Notes: generated from the letters alone by a model not told the origin. 64,000 nt of DNA from Macrostomum lignano (GCA_002269645.1 NIVC01000806.1:6787-70786), one strand, 5' to 3'. Shown: positions 42,595 through 55,300, counted from the first letter of the stretch. Made by a program: numbers and translations.

Positions 42595-43919
42595 AATTCC
42601 TTTGAGAGTCTGGTTGCGCCGGAGAATGAGTCGCTGTGAACAAGTCATTTTTAGGGCAGAAGATTTGCCAATTTTTATAGATTTGAAAGATCAAAGGCGT
42701 CGGACCGCCCACGGAACTGCTGGGCCTCTGCTGTTTGCGGATTCCGATAAACTGGATTATTTTTCAGTTTTTTTGGAAACCTTCAAAAAATTCCTGACAA
42801 TTCGTAACACAATGCTTTTGCGCAAATATGGAAGCAAAATTTCGGATCGGATGAAGATGAAATGCCCGTTTTGTTACATTGCATGCAGGATCTTTTGCTA
42901 CAATATCGATTTTTTTATTCTGAGAGATTTGTCCAGGCTCAATTGATGATGGATTGGGTTGCTTGCGCAGAACCGTCTTTTGCGGGCTTGTAGCTAAGGT
43001 TAAGCAAGGGTTCTGGGGCGCTGTCCCAACCAGCTAGGAGGCAAAGAAGTCATGTCCTGTCGCTTATCCATATGCCTCTTGAGCAGGCACTCGCTCACAC
43101 AGGGTTTACAGCGGCTCTGCCTTTCTAATCGTCAGGGCATGTACACTGTCGTGGCCCTCGTGAGCGAGAATCACATTTAAATACGAGCTCCATGGGTAGG
43201 CCAATATTCTTGTACTCAAAATGGCTTGTTTCTTCACTTTATCTCTCGAGAAACTTCTGCAATCAGAGTTTGTAATGTATACCTACCGTCCTAATTAGTC
43301 ACTGATCTCATAATCTCGGATCGCAGGTTAAACACAGAAGCTGTTCACCAACACTTCCTACTAATAGTAGCATTTAATGTCCTTATGTACGATAGCGATC
43401 CTCGTGTAGCGATAAGAGTGGAGAGACAGACCCAAGAGCTGAGTAAAGAGTGGAGAGGCTGATTCAAGAGCTGAGTAAGGAGCGGAGAGTCATCCGAGAG
43501 CTGAGCAGGATTCAAATTTTGGTAGAAAAATTAGAACCATAAAGGGCATATTGCAAATTCGCAGTCAGACAGAATGCTCAGACTTCACACACTAAGCCTA
43601 AGGCTATAGACGTTCTCAGACTCTTGAATAGAATTGCTTGTCAGATTCGCCAACCTAAACTGTCCTGGGAAACAAAAACAATGAGGATGGCAAGACCATA
43701 AAGATATTCCTTAGGAGATGGAGACCCGCCGCTCCCCGTGAAATTCATTGAATTTTTTTAAGTTTCGAGTTTTAAATTAAAAACCTCACTGCAGACGGTA
43801 GTGTTTTACCCAATTACTCAAGAAGACAGACTGCCAAGGTTTACTGAGGGAAATGCTGTGTCTCATGAGGGAATTTTTGAGATTAATGTGCAGGGGAATC
43901 GATTAGATATAACAACAAA

Positions 43920-45285
43920 GCCCGTCCCGTTGGCAGTGTCGGGCGCCCCAGCGTCGCGTAGCAGGCAGTCCACGTATCGACGGGTTTGAGCCTGACCCCG
44001 CCTGAACGGGCCCTGCAAGGTGAGCAGCAAAAGTCCTGAGCAGGTTGGGGGTAGGAGTTCTCGGCCCGGATTATGTGGCCCGCCAGTTGAAGACGCCGCC
44101 GGCGCAGGATGGTGGACGGGCGCTGTTGGCCCGATCGTACAGGGCCTCGGTCCCGACGCTCTCGTCAGCTCGAAAGGCCGCACGGAGCAGCCCTGAGTGC
44201 GCCGAGTGCAGCTGCCGCTCTAGCCTAGCCGTCAGCGTCCACTCTCAGCGTTGTAGAGCAGGACGGATCTACCACCGCCTGCAACAGCCGAGCCCTCTGG
44301 CGGTCGGGCAGCGCTTCGGACTGGAGGACGGCTCGGATCGAACGGAAGGCCGCCCAGGCAAGTCCTCTGCGCCGCCGGAGGTCTTCCTCCACGTGAGACA
44401 CCAGACCGCCGAGGTAGGTGAACCGCTGGCAGCGTGCGAGCCTGGTCGTCTGCCCGTCTGCGCCGCGGCACGTCAGGTCCGTTGGGATGTCGGCCGGCAC
44501 AGTCAGCACCTCGGTCTTCAGCGTGTTGACAACCAGACCGACGCTCGATGCCACCTCGACGGGCCTGTCGATCTGGCGCTTGGCGCCTTCAACGGACGAG
44601 GAGAGGAGGGCGAGGTCGTCGGCGTAGCCAAGCACACTCAGGCGCTCAGATGCGTCTGCGCAGCAGGAAGCCGTCGTCAGAGGAGGGGAGTGCGGTCCGA
44701 AGCACCCAGTCCAGCAGCAGCACGAAGAGGAACGGCGCCAGCGTGTTGCCCTGCAGAACTCTTGATGAAGTGTCGAACAGACCACACAAACCGTTCGCCG
44801 TCACCACAGCAGCTTGAGTATCGCAAGTCTCAGAGCAGGAGTTGGTGGTCTGACCGGAGAGTCAGCGGAGCCATGGTGTCGCAGTTGGTGACGCGGCGGC
44901 GCTCGCGAGCGCGAATCAGCGCATGATCGAGTTGCGCCAGTCTCCTAGTGGCGTTCCGCCCGCGTGCGTTCCGTCAGCTTCTCTTGCAGCCCGAAAAGGT
45001 AGCCAGGCGGGCAGGGGGCTTGCGGAACTGGGTGTTCGCGGACACCGGGTCCAGCCGGTCAAGCGGGTCCTCTAGCGCATCGGTGTTGGCGTTCTCGCGT
45101 CCCGCAACAAAGGGCGAGCGCTCGGACCTCCGCGGGACTGCGTTCAGGTCTCCGAGCACAGCCAGGGTGTCGCGGTTTGGCACTTCTTCCGGCTGCCCAG
45201 CCAGAAAGTCGAAGGCTCAAGCCTCCTCGGGGTGAGCAGCTAGTGGTGGGTGCATACGCGCAGAACAGCCAAACGTCAAAAGGAC
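43920..45285 (-). mobile_element. Degenerate RTE-clade-like non-LTR retrotransposon fragment (AP endonuclease C-part plus RT C-part)
   Basis: EN motifs CAYAPT and VLGDLNA; RT motifs TLAPFLFVLL and GYADDLAL..GLVVNTLKTEVL..FTYLGG..LLYNAES. Frameshifted, with the RT N-half missing. Confidence 0.85.
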
Positions 45286-45339
45286 TGAAAGAGTTTAGAG
45301 GTTAAGCCATGGCTCCAACGTAGAAGCTCAAAGGAGATG

Positions 45340-45537
45340 CTGACATCTTAGGCTGGACAGCTAACTTTCAGGGTGGTGCCTTTTTGCTTTAAAAATTTTC
45401 GGCCTTCGGTCCTCTGGCCGGACCCACTTCGAACTCTGAGCGGAAGATCGCGTCTTCGTTGGGATCGACCCGTCCCCAGGCAGACACAATGCAGTACGAA
45501 TCTCCAGCCCTCTAATAAATAACGCAGCTCACTCAAC
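45340..45537 (+). repeat. Partial third copy of the module otherwise found in the WSC-gene introns
   Basis: ccttcggtcctctggccggacccac..cagctcactcaac is nearly identical to 48542-48676. Its 5' part resembles 46495-46550. Confidence 0.9.
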
Positions 45538-45928
45538 TATCTACATGCATAGTTCATTTAAATATTTATTACTTTCTTTTTTGCCTCCCAACACGGGGCG
45601 GGGCGCAGATTGCTAGTGTAATGCTGAAACTTCCAGTGAAAATATCAGACAGACTTTATAATTGCGGAATAAATGTATTGAAATTTAGCTCAACTCGATA
45701 TTGCTCAAATATTCAAGAATAAAGTTTCTGGAATTCACTTTCAAAGGAATGCGCCACGTGACGCAGCCAAGAGATCCCGCAACCTCAGCATAAATTGGTT
45801 CAGCAAATACCCAAAACAGCCAACCACAGTCAGGCCCGACCTGTTCAACATTCACTCTGCAGGCATTCAGCATGCGGCTTCTTCTGTTCGTTTCGGTCTT
45901 CATTCTGGCAGCTTCCGGCACCTCCGGG

Positions 45929-46285
45929 TCTGAGCTGGGTGAGTTTGAGATGCGCCTCATCTGAGCTGGGTGAGTTTGAGATGCGCCTCACCTGAGCTGG
46001 GTGAGTTTGAGATGCGCCTCATCTGAGCTGGGTGAGTTTTCATCTGAGCTGGGTGAGTTTTCATCTGAGCTGGGTGAGTTTGAGATGCGCCTTACCTGAG
46101 CTGGGTGAGTTTGAGATACGCCTCATCTGAGCTGGGTGAGTTTGAGATGCGCCTTACCTGAGCTGGGTGAGTTTGAGGTGCGCCTCACCTGAGCTGGGTG
46201 AGTTTGAGATGCGCCTTACCTGAGCTGGGTGAGTTTGAGGTGCGCCTTACCTTAGCTGGGTGAGTTTGAGATACGCCTGTGAGCT
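45929..46285. repeat. 31-bp minisatellite (ctgagctgggtgagtttgagatgcgcctcat)n
   Basis: About 12 units, two of them shortened. Confidence 0.94.
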
Positions 46286-46664
46286 GCAACTATCTACATG
46301 CATGCTGAAACGATCAGCTCAGCCGGCCTCTAAGACAGAAAATGCGATTTCACCAAGTCTTGATTTCCCTTGAGTGAGCTCTGCAGTAGCCGACCCACTA
46401 ATTACTGTACATCAGGTTACATCAGGGTTAGGTTCGAGCCATGGCTTAAGATGAGTTGCTGAGCTGTCGAGACTCAGAAGTGGTGCTGTTACATGCATCT
46501 GAGGCTGGAAAGCTGGCTTTCAGGACTGGTGATTTTTTACTTTAACATATTTTTTAAGAATCTTTAAGATGGGACCAGGAGCTCTAGTGACTGTGCGAGT
46601 CTTTCTGTGTGAGTTCACGTTAGAACATTTGACGCAGGCAAATGGCTGCATGTCTCTGTTGCAG

Positions 46665-46676
46665 AGCACCCGAAAT
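46665..46676 (+). CDS. Putative 12-nt microexon 1 (EHPK) of the WSC-domain gene
   Basis: gttgcag|agcacccgaaat|gtaag has canonical splice sites and is identical to 48343-48354. It is one base out of phase with the next WSC exon as assembled. Confidence 0.45.
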
Positions 46677-47334
46677 GTAAGTTCATCATCAATTCACCAA
46701 TGTATAATATTGTCGTGCTATTGAAAGTGCAAACGCTTTACTCAACCTTTTGAATGTTTGGTTATTTACACTGGTGTTGGGACAATGGCAGAAACAGACC
46801 TCACGCTCACTCATAAATTTACCCAATTAATGAGCGTCAGAGCACGAGCTCTGGCCGAACCCACTTTGAACTCTGAGCTGAAGATCGCGTCTTCGTTGGG
46901 ATCGACCCGTCCCCAGGCACACACAATGCAGTACGAATCTCCTGCCCTCTAAGAAATAACGCAGCTCACTCAACATGCTCTTGGATTCCACGAGTCCGAC
47001 AGGCAAGCGAGCGACGGGCTTGGTTGCACGGAGCGCTGAGTAGTATCGTAGTTGACTGACTCAGCTGAGTGAGCTCTCGATCGTCTGAGTTTATCTGAGG
47101 ATCTGAGTCTGAGTAGACTCTGTGCACCACCCACCATCCATGCCATCAAGCTCGACACACAAATCATATAAATATTGTGCACTGTTTCATCCTATTTCAC
47201 CCTTGGGTGCACCGACCCCGACTACAACTGACTGGCGACTGTAGCGCCCTTCCACTTTACTTGTCCCTGAGTTTGAGCATGAGCAGTTCGCTTTCTTATT
47301 CGATTTTGTTTAATTATACGAATTTAAATTTCAG

Positions 47335-47633
47335 TAAACTGAAAGGTTGCTACTATGAGGGCACTAGCGCATATAATTTGGAACGTCCTGTGTTTGTCAT
47401 CAGCGAGTCAATGACAATTGATAGCTGTCAGAAAAGCTGCAATCTCACTACTAATCCCTACTTTGGAGTAGCAAGAGGAACAGAATGCTTCTGTGGCAAA
47501 AAGACAGCTCATATGAAAAGGTATCTACACTATTGTCATAGGAGATGTCCGGGAAACCCAACGCAGATCTGCGGTGGTAAAGACTCGATGATTGTGTACG
47601 AGCAGCCCGCTGCACTCGTTAAAACCTCTATTG
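47335..47633 (+). CDS. WSC-domain exon 1
   Basis: KLKGCYYEG..SESMTIDSCQKSC..YFGVARGTECFCG..CHRRCPGNPTQICGG..VYE, with all 8 WSC cysteines. Acceptor tttcag| and donor g|gtgag (phase 1). Confidence 0.82.
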
Positions 47634-48076
47634 GTGAGAATATTATAATTAATGTTAATGTCTGGAGTGTACGATGGATAGATCCACTCTTGATCGTGCA
47701 CGTGCAGAGCGATTTCAATTCGTCAGTTGCTTGTTTTAATTTACGCGTGTCTACTTTTTGTAGAAAGCATAGCTTCAAAAAGTTGAATACCTCAAAAATA
47801 CCTCCACGAATTAGATATAGGAACCATCCATCCACCATCCAGGAAGCATCTACCAAAAGCAAACCGACATAGTTGTTGGAGAGCCAACAGAGAATGCAAC
47901 AAAAGATCGAACAAAAAACATGTAGCTTCTGACCTCTGAGTCTTGACATCTCAGCAATTTCTTTGTAAGCCTTGAAATCTTAGCGATCCCCCTAAAAGCA
48001 TTGACATCTGCGCAATTCCACTCTTGACACCTCAGCGATTCCTCCCGTAAGCCTCGACTTTCCAGCAATTCCCCCA

Positions 48077-48128
48077 GGATGGATGGATGGATGGATGGAT
48101 GGATGGATGGATGGATGGATGGATGGAT
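48077..48128. repeat. (GGAT)n microsatellite
   Basis: 13 units. Confidence 0.97.
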
Positions 48129-48342
48129 CAATGGTTGAAAGTGATAGTAAACTGCAGCCGACAGTCAAATTGTGGCAGTCTATTGCAGCTGACAGTCAAA
48201 TCAAACAAATTGTAATTTCACCAAGACTTGAGCACTGTACTGAGCTCAGTAGCCGACCTGCTATTGACATGTATGATAATTCTGAAATACCTATTATCCA
48301 TTTTAAATTTCACCCCAAGTAACTTGCTGTCTCTTGTTGCAG

Positions 48343-48354
48343 AGCACCCGAAAT
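48343..48354 (+). CDS. 12-nt microexon 2 (EHPK) linking the two WSC domains
   Basis: gttgcag|agcacccgaaat|gtaag. Phase 1 in and out gives KTSI-EHPK-F-KLEGC in frame. Confidence 0.6.
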
Positions 48355-48890
48355 GTAAGTTAATCATCAATCTACCAATGTATGATTATAATTTCCTTCA
48401 TGGTATTTAAAGTGCAAACTCTTTACTCAACCTTTTGAATTTTTAATAAATTTAAACTTGTGTGCGACAATGGCAGAAACAGACCTCACTGTCACTCATA
48501 AATTTACCCAATTAATGAGCGTCAGAGCAAGAGCTCAAGGTACCTTCGGTCCTCTGGCCGGACCCACTTCGAACTCTGAGCGGAAGATCGCGTATTCGTT
48601 GGAATCGACCCGTCCCCAGGCAGACACAATACAGTACGAATCTCCAGCCCTCTAAGAAATAACGCAGCTCACTCAACATGCTCTTGGATTCCACGAGTCC
48701 GACAGGCGAGCGACAGGGCTTGGTTGCACGGAGCGCTGAGTAGTATCGTAGTTGACTGACTCAGCTGAGTGAGCTCTCTATCGTCTGAGTTTATCTGAGT
48801 ATCTGAGTCTGAGTAGACTCTGCGCCCCACCTCAATACGCAACCTCGAACTCAACACAAAAATGTTTAACCCTTTGCATTAAAACTTCAG

Positions 48891-49180
48891 TTAAACTGGA
48901 GGGTTGCTTCTTTGTTGCCGAGCAGCCAGACAACCGCTACATCAGATCATCCAGCGAGTCAATGACAATAGACAGATGCTACAATGACTGCATTGACTTA
49001 GTTTATCGCGGGAGGCCCACGTACTTTGGAGTTGAAAATAGAACACGTTGCATTTGCCAGTTTACGGTATTGTCCACGAATGGTATTTATTTACAATATT
49101 GCGATAACAAATGTCCTGGAGATTCGAAGCAGATCTGCGGTGCACCTCGGACCGCGGTGGTGTACGAGCATCCGAAATAA
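48891..49180 (+). CDS. WSC-domain exon 2 (terminal)
   Basis: KLEGCFF..SESMTIDRCYNDC..YFGVENRTRCIC..CDNKCPGDSKQICG..VYEHPK*, with 8 cysteines. Acceptor cttcag|. Confidence 0.85.
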
Positions 49181-49380
49181 CTGAGTACTGCTTCGTTTGT
49201 CAGAGTAGTAACTGACTTGTAAAGACAAATTGATAACAAACTTGAACGAATAATATACTCTGATACATCATTAAAAAACTTGGATGATTCTAATTATTGA
49301 AAAAAAATTCAAACGAAGTACAATGTTTTTCCATTTTTTAAAGTCTTTGCTTGAATTAAAGCGCTGGAGCTGAGCTGCAG

Positions 49381-52300
49381 AGCTGATGAAAAACCAGTCA
49401 AGCTGATGAAAAACCAGTCAAGCTGATAAAAAACCAGTCAAGCTGATGAAAAACCAATCAAGCTGATGAAAAACCAGTCAAGCTGATGAAAAACCAGTCA
49501 AGCTGATGAAAAACCAGTCAAGCTGATGAAAAACCAGTCAAGCTGATGAAAAACCAGTCAAGCTGATGAAAAACCAATCAAGCTGATGAAAAACCAGTCA
49601 AGCTGATGAAAAACCAGTCAAGCTGATGAAAAACCAGTCAAGCTGATGAAAAACCAGTCAAGCTGATGAAAAACCAATCAAGCTGATGAAGAGCCAATCA
49701 AGCTGATAAAAAGCCAGTCAAGCTGATGAAAAGTCAATCAAGCTAATAAAAAGCCAGTCAAGCTGATGAAAAGCCAATCAATCTGATAAAAAGCCATTCA
49801 AGCTGATGAAGAGCCAATCAAGCTGATAAAAAGCCAGTCAAGCTGATGAAAAGTCAATCAAGCTGATAAAAAGTCTTTCAAGCTGATGAAAAGCCAATCA
49901 AGCTGATAAAAAGCCATTCAAGCTGATAAAAAGCCAATCAAGCTGATAAAAAGCCAGTCAAGCTGATGAAAAGCCAATCAAGCTGATAAAAGCCAATCAA
50001 GCTGATAAAAAGCCAATCAAGCTGATAAAAAGCCATTCAAGCTAATAAAAAGTCTTTCAAGCTGATGAAGAGCCAATCAAGCTGATAAAAAGCCATTCAA
50101 GCTGATGAAGAGCCAATCAAGCTGATAAAAAGCCAGTCAAGCTGATGAAAAGCCAATCAAGCTGATGAAAAGCCAATCAAGCTGATGAAGAGCCAATCAA
50201 GCTGATGAAAAGCCAATCAAGCTGATGAAGAGCCAATCAAGCTGATAAAAAGTCTTTCAAGCTGATGAAGAGCCACTCAAGCTGATAAAAAGCCATTCAA
50301 GCTGATGAAGAGCCAATCAAGCTGATAAAAAGCCAGTCAAGCTGATGAAGAGCCAATCAAGCTGATAAAAAGTCTTTCAAGCTGATGAAGAGCCAATCAA
50401 GCTGATAAAAAGCCATTCAAGCTGATGAAGAGCCAATCAAGCTGATAAAAGTTTTTCAAGCTGATGAAGAGCCAATCAAGCTGATAAAAAGCCATTCAAG
50501 CTGATGAAGAGCCAATCAAGCTGATAAAAAGCCAGTCAAGCTGATGAAAAGCCAATCAAGCTGATAAAAAGCCAGTCAAGCTGATGAAAAGCCAATCAAT
50601 CTGATAAAAAGCCATTCAAGCTGATGAAGAGCCAATCAAGCTGATAAAAAGCCAGTCAAGCTGATGAAAAACCAGTCAAGCTGATAAAAAACCAGTCAAG
50701 CTGATGAAAAACCAGTCAAGCTGATGAAAAACCAGTCAAGCTGATGAAAAACCAGTCAAGCTGATGAAAAACCAGTCAAGCTGATGAAAAACCAGTCAAG
50801 CTGATGAAAAACCAATCAAGCTGATGAAAAACCAATCAAGCTGATGAAAAGCCAATCAGGCTGATGAAAAGCCAATCAAGCTGATAAAAAGCCATTCAAG
50901 CTGATGAAGAGCCAATCAAGCTGATAAAAGTCTTTCAAGCTGATGAAGAGCCAATCAAGCTGATAAAAAGCCAGTCAAGCTGATGAAAAGCCAATCAAGC
51001 TGATAAAAAGCCAGTCAAGCTGATGAAAAGCCAATCAATCTGATAAAAAGCCATTCAAGCTGATGAAGAGCCAATCAAGCTGATAAAAAGCCAGTCAAGC
51101 TGATGAAAAACCAGTCAAGCTGATGAAAAACCAGTCAAGCTGATGAAAAACCAGTCAAGCTGATGAAAAACCAATCAAGCTGATGAAAAACCAGTCAAGC
51201 TGATGAAAAACCAGTCAAGCTGATGAAAAACCAGTCAAGCTGATGAAAAACCAGTCAAGCTGATGAAAAACCAGTCAAGCTGATGAAAAACCAGTCAAGC
51301 TGATGAAAAACCAGTCAAGCTGATGAAAAACCAATCAAGCTGATGAAAAACCAATCAAGCTGATGAAAAACCAGTCAAGCTGATGAAAAACCAGTCAAGC
51401 TGATGAAAAACCAATCAAGCTGATGAAAAACCAGTCAAGCTGATGAAAAACCAGTCAAGCTGATGAAAAACCAGTCAAGCTGATGAAAAGCCAATCAAGC
51501 TGATGAAAAGCCAGTCAAGCTGATGAAAAGCCAATCAAGCTAAAAAAAAGTCTTTCAAGCTGATGAAAAGCCAATCAAGCTGATAAAAAGCCATTCAAGC
51601 TGATAAAAAGCCAATCAAGCTGATAAAAAGCCAGTAAAGCTGATGAAAAGCCAATCAAGCTGATAAAAAGCCAGTCAAGCTGATGAAAAGCCAATCAATC
51701 TGATAAAAAGCCATTCAAGCTGATGAAGAGCCAATCAAGCTGATAAAAAGCCAGTCAAGCTGATGAAAAGTCAATCAAGCTGATAAAAAGTCTTTCAAGC
51801 TGATGAAAAGCCAATCAAGCTGATAAAAAGCCATTCAAGCTGATAAAAAGCCAATCAAGCTGATAAAAAGCCAGTCAAGCTGATGAAAAGCCAATCAAGC
51901 TGATGAAAAGCCAATCAAGCTGATAAAAAGCCAATCAAGCTGATAAAAAGCCAGTCAAGCTGATGAAAAGTCAATCAAGCTGATAAAAAGTCTTTCAAGC
52001 TGATGAAAAGCCAATCAAGCTGATAAAAAGCCATTCAAGCTGATAAAAAGCCAATCAAGCTGATAAAAAGCCAGTCAAGCTGATGAAAAGCCAATCAAGC
52101 TGATGAAAAGCCAGTCAAGCTGATGAAAAGCCAATCAAGCTGATGAAAAGCCAATCAAGCTGATGAAAAACCAGTCAAGCTGATGAAAAACCAGTCAAGC
52201 TGATGAAAAACCAGTCAAGCTGATGAAAAACCAGTCAAGCTGATGAAAAACCAGTCAAGCTGATGAAAAACCAATCAAGCTGATGAAAAACCAGTCAAGC

Positions 52301-55300
52301 TGATGAAAAACCAGTCAAGCTGATGAAAAACCAGTCAAGCTGATGAAAAACCAGTCAAGCTGATGAAAAACCAATCAAGCTGATGAAGAGCCAATCAAGC
52401 TGATAAAAAGCCAGTCAAGCTGATGAAAAGTCAATCAAGCTAATAAAAAGCCAGTCAAGCTGATGAAAAGCCAATCAATCTGATAAAAAGCCATTCAAGC
52501 TGATGAAGAGCCAATCAAGCTGATAAAAAGCCAGTCAAGCTGATGAAAAGTCAATCAAGCTGATAAAAAGTCTTTCAAGCTGATGAAAAGCCAATCAAGC
52601 TGATAAAAAGCCATTCAAGCTGATAAAAAGCCAATCAAGCTGATAAAAAGCCAGTCAAGCTGATGAAGAGCCAATCAAGCTGATAAAAAGCCATTCAAGC
52701 TGATGAAGAGCCAATCAAGCTGATAAAAGTTTTTCAAGCTGATGAAGAGCCAATCAAGCTGATAAAAAGCCATTCAAGCTGATGAAGAGCCAATCAAGCT
52801 GATAAAAAGCCAGTCAAGCTGATGAAAAGCCAATCAAGCTGATAAAAAGCCAGTCAAGCTGATGAAAAGCCAATCAATCTGATAAAAAGCCATTCAAGCT
52901 GATGAAGAGCCAATCAAGCTGATAAAAAGCCAGTCAAGCTGATGAAAAACCAGTCAAGCTGATAAAAAACCAGTCAAGCTGATGAAAAACCAGTCAAGCT
53001 GATGAAAAACCAGTCAAGCTGATGAAAAACCAGTCAAGCTGATGAAAAACCAGTCAAGCTGATGAAAAACCAGTCAAGCTGATGAAAAACCAATCAAGCT
53101 GATGAAAAACCAATCAAGCTGATGAAAAGCCAATCAGCTGATGAAAAGCCAATCAAGCTGATAAAAAGCCATTCAAGCTGATGAAGAGCCAATCAAGCTG
53201 ATAAAAGTCTTTCAAGCTGATGAAGAGCCAATCAAGCTGATAAAAAGCCAGTCAAGCTGATGAAAAGCCAATCAAGCTGATAAAAAGCCAGTCAAGCTGA
53301 TGAAAAGCCAATCAATCTGATAAAAAGCCATTCAAGCTGATGAAGAGCCAATCAAGCTGATAAAAAGCCAGTCAAGCTGATGAAAAACCAGTCAAGCTGA
53401 TGAAAAACCAGTCAAGCTGATGAAAAACCAGTCAAGCTGATGAAAAACCAATCAAGCTGATGAAAAACCAGTCAAGCTGATGAAAAACCAGTCAAGCTGA
53501 TGAAAAACCAGTCAAGCTGATGAAAAACCAGTCAAGCTGATGAAAAACCAGTCAAGCTGATGAAAAACCAGTCAAGCTGATGAAAAACCAGTCAAGCTGA
53601 TGAAAAACCAATCAAGCTGATGAAAAACCAATCAAGCTGATGAAAAACCAGTCAAGCTGATGAAAAACCAGTCAAGCTGATGAAAAACCAATCAAGCTGA
53701 TGAAAAACCAGTCAAGCTGATGAAAAACCAGTCAAGCTGATGAAAAACCAGTCAAGCTGATGAAAAGCCAATCAAGCTGATGAAAAGCCAGTCAAGCTGA
53801 TGAAAAGCCAATCAAGCTAAAAAAAAGTCTTTCAAGCTGATGAAAAGCCAATCAAGCTGATAAAAAGCCATTCAAGCTGATAAAAAGCCAATCAAGCTGA
53901 TAAAAAGCCAGTAAAGCTGATGAAAAGCCAATCAAGCTGATAAAAAGCCAGTCAAGCTGATGAAAAGCCAATCAATCTGATAAAAAGCCATTCAAGCTGA
54001 TGAAGAGCCAATCAAGCTGATAAAAAGCCAGTCAAGCTGATGAAAAGTCAATCAAGCTGATAAAAAGTCTTTCAAGCTGATGAAAAGCCAATCAAGCTGA
54101 TAAAAAGCCATTCAAGCTGATAAAAAGCCAATCAAGCTGATAAAAAGCCAGTCAAGCTGATGAAAAGCCAATCAAGCTGATGAAAAGCCAATCAAGCTGA
54201 TAAAAAGCCAATCAAGCTGATAAAAAGCCAGTCAAGCTGATGAAAAGTCAATCAAGCTGATAAAAAGTCTTTCAAGCTGATGAAAAGCCAATCAAGCTGA
54301 TAAAAAGCCATTCAAGCTGATAAAAAGCCAATCAAGCTGATAAAAAGCCAGTCAAGCTGATGAAAAGCCAATCAAGCTGATGAAAAGCCAGTCAAGCTGA
54401 TGAAAAGCCAATCAAGCTGATGAAAAGCCAATCAAGCTGATGAAAAACCAGTCAAGCTGATGAAAAACCAGTCAAGCTGATGAAAAACCAGTCAAGCTGA
54501 TGAAAAACCAGTCAAGCTGATGAAAAACCAGTCAAGCTGATGAAAAACCAATCAAGCTGATGAAAAACCAGTCAAGCTGATGAAAAACCAGTCAAGCTGA
54601 TGAAAAACCAGTCAAGCTGATGAAAAACCAGTCAAGCTGATGAAAAACCAATCAAGCTGATGAAGAGCCAATCAAGCTGATAAAAAGCCAGTCAAGCTGA
54701 TGAAAAGTCAATCAAGCTAATAAAAAGCCAGTCAAGCTGATAAAAAGCCATTCAAGCTGATGAAGAGCCAATCAAGCTGATAAAAAGCCAGTCAAGCTGA
54801 TGAAAAGCCAATCAAGCTGATGAAAAGCCAATCAAGCTGGTGAAGAGCCAATCAAGCTGATAAAAAGCCATTCAAGCTGATGAAGAGCCAATCAAGCTGA
54901 TGAAAAGCCAATCAAGCTGATGAAGAGCCAATCAAGCTGATAAAAAGCCATTCAAGCTGATGAAGAGCCAATCAAGCTGATAAAAGTCTTTCAAGCTGAT
55001 GAAGAGCCAATCAAGCTGATAAAAAGCCATTTAAGCTGATGAAGAGCCAATCAAGCTGATAAAAAGCCAGTCAAGCTGATGAAAAGCCAATCAAGCTGAT
55101 AAAAAGCCAGTCAAGCTGATGAAAAGCCAATCAAGCTGATAAAAAGCCATTCAAGCTGATGAAGAGCCAATCAAGCTGATAAAAAGCCAGTCAAGCTGAT
55201 GAAAAGCCAATCAAGCTGATGAAAAACCAGTCAAGCTGATGAAAAACCAGTCAAGCTGATGAAAAACCAGTCAAGCTGATGAAAAACCAGTCAAGCTGAT

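Noticed and set aside
43100-43145. Minimal hammerhead ribozyme on the minus strand (CTGACGA-tta-GAAA)
   Set aside because: Stem II is essentially absent, no UH cleavage triplet follows the putative stem III, and the core is not kept in the other two copies of the repeat.
43415-43510. Three diverged ~32-bp tandem units (agagtggagag..agagctgag)
   Set aside because: Short and degenerate, with no evidence of function beyond the general tandem-repeat background.
47177-47872. 231-aa ORF as a single-exon WSC protein
   Set aside because: The flanks are non-homologous, AT-rich read-through. Canonical acceptor (47334) and donor (47634) sites delimit the WSC exon.
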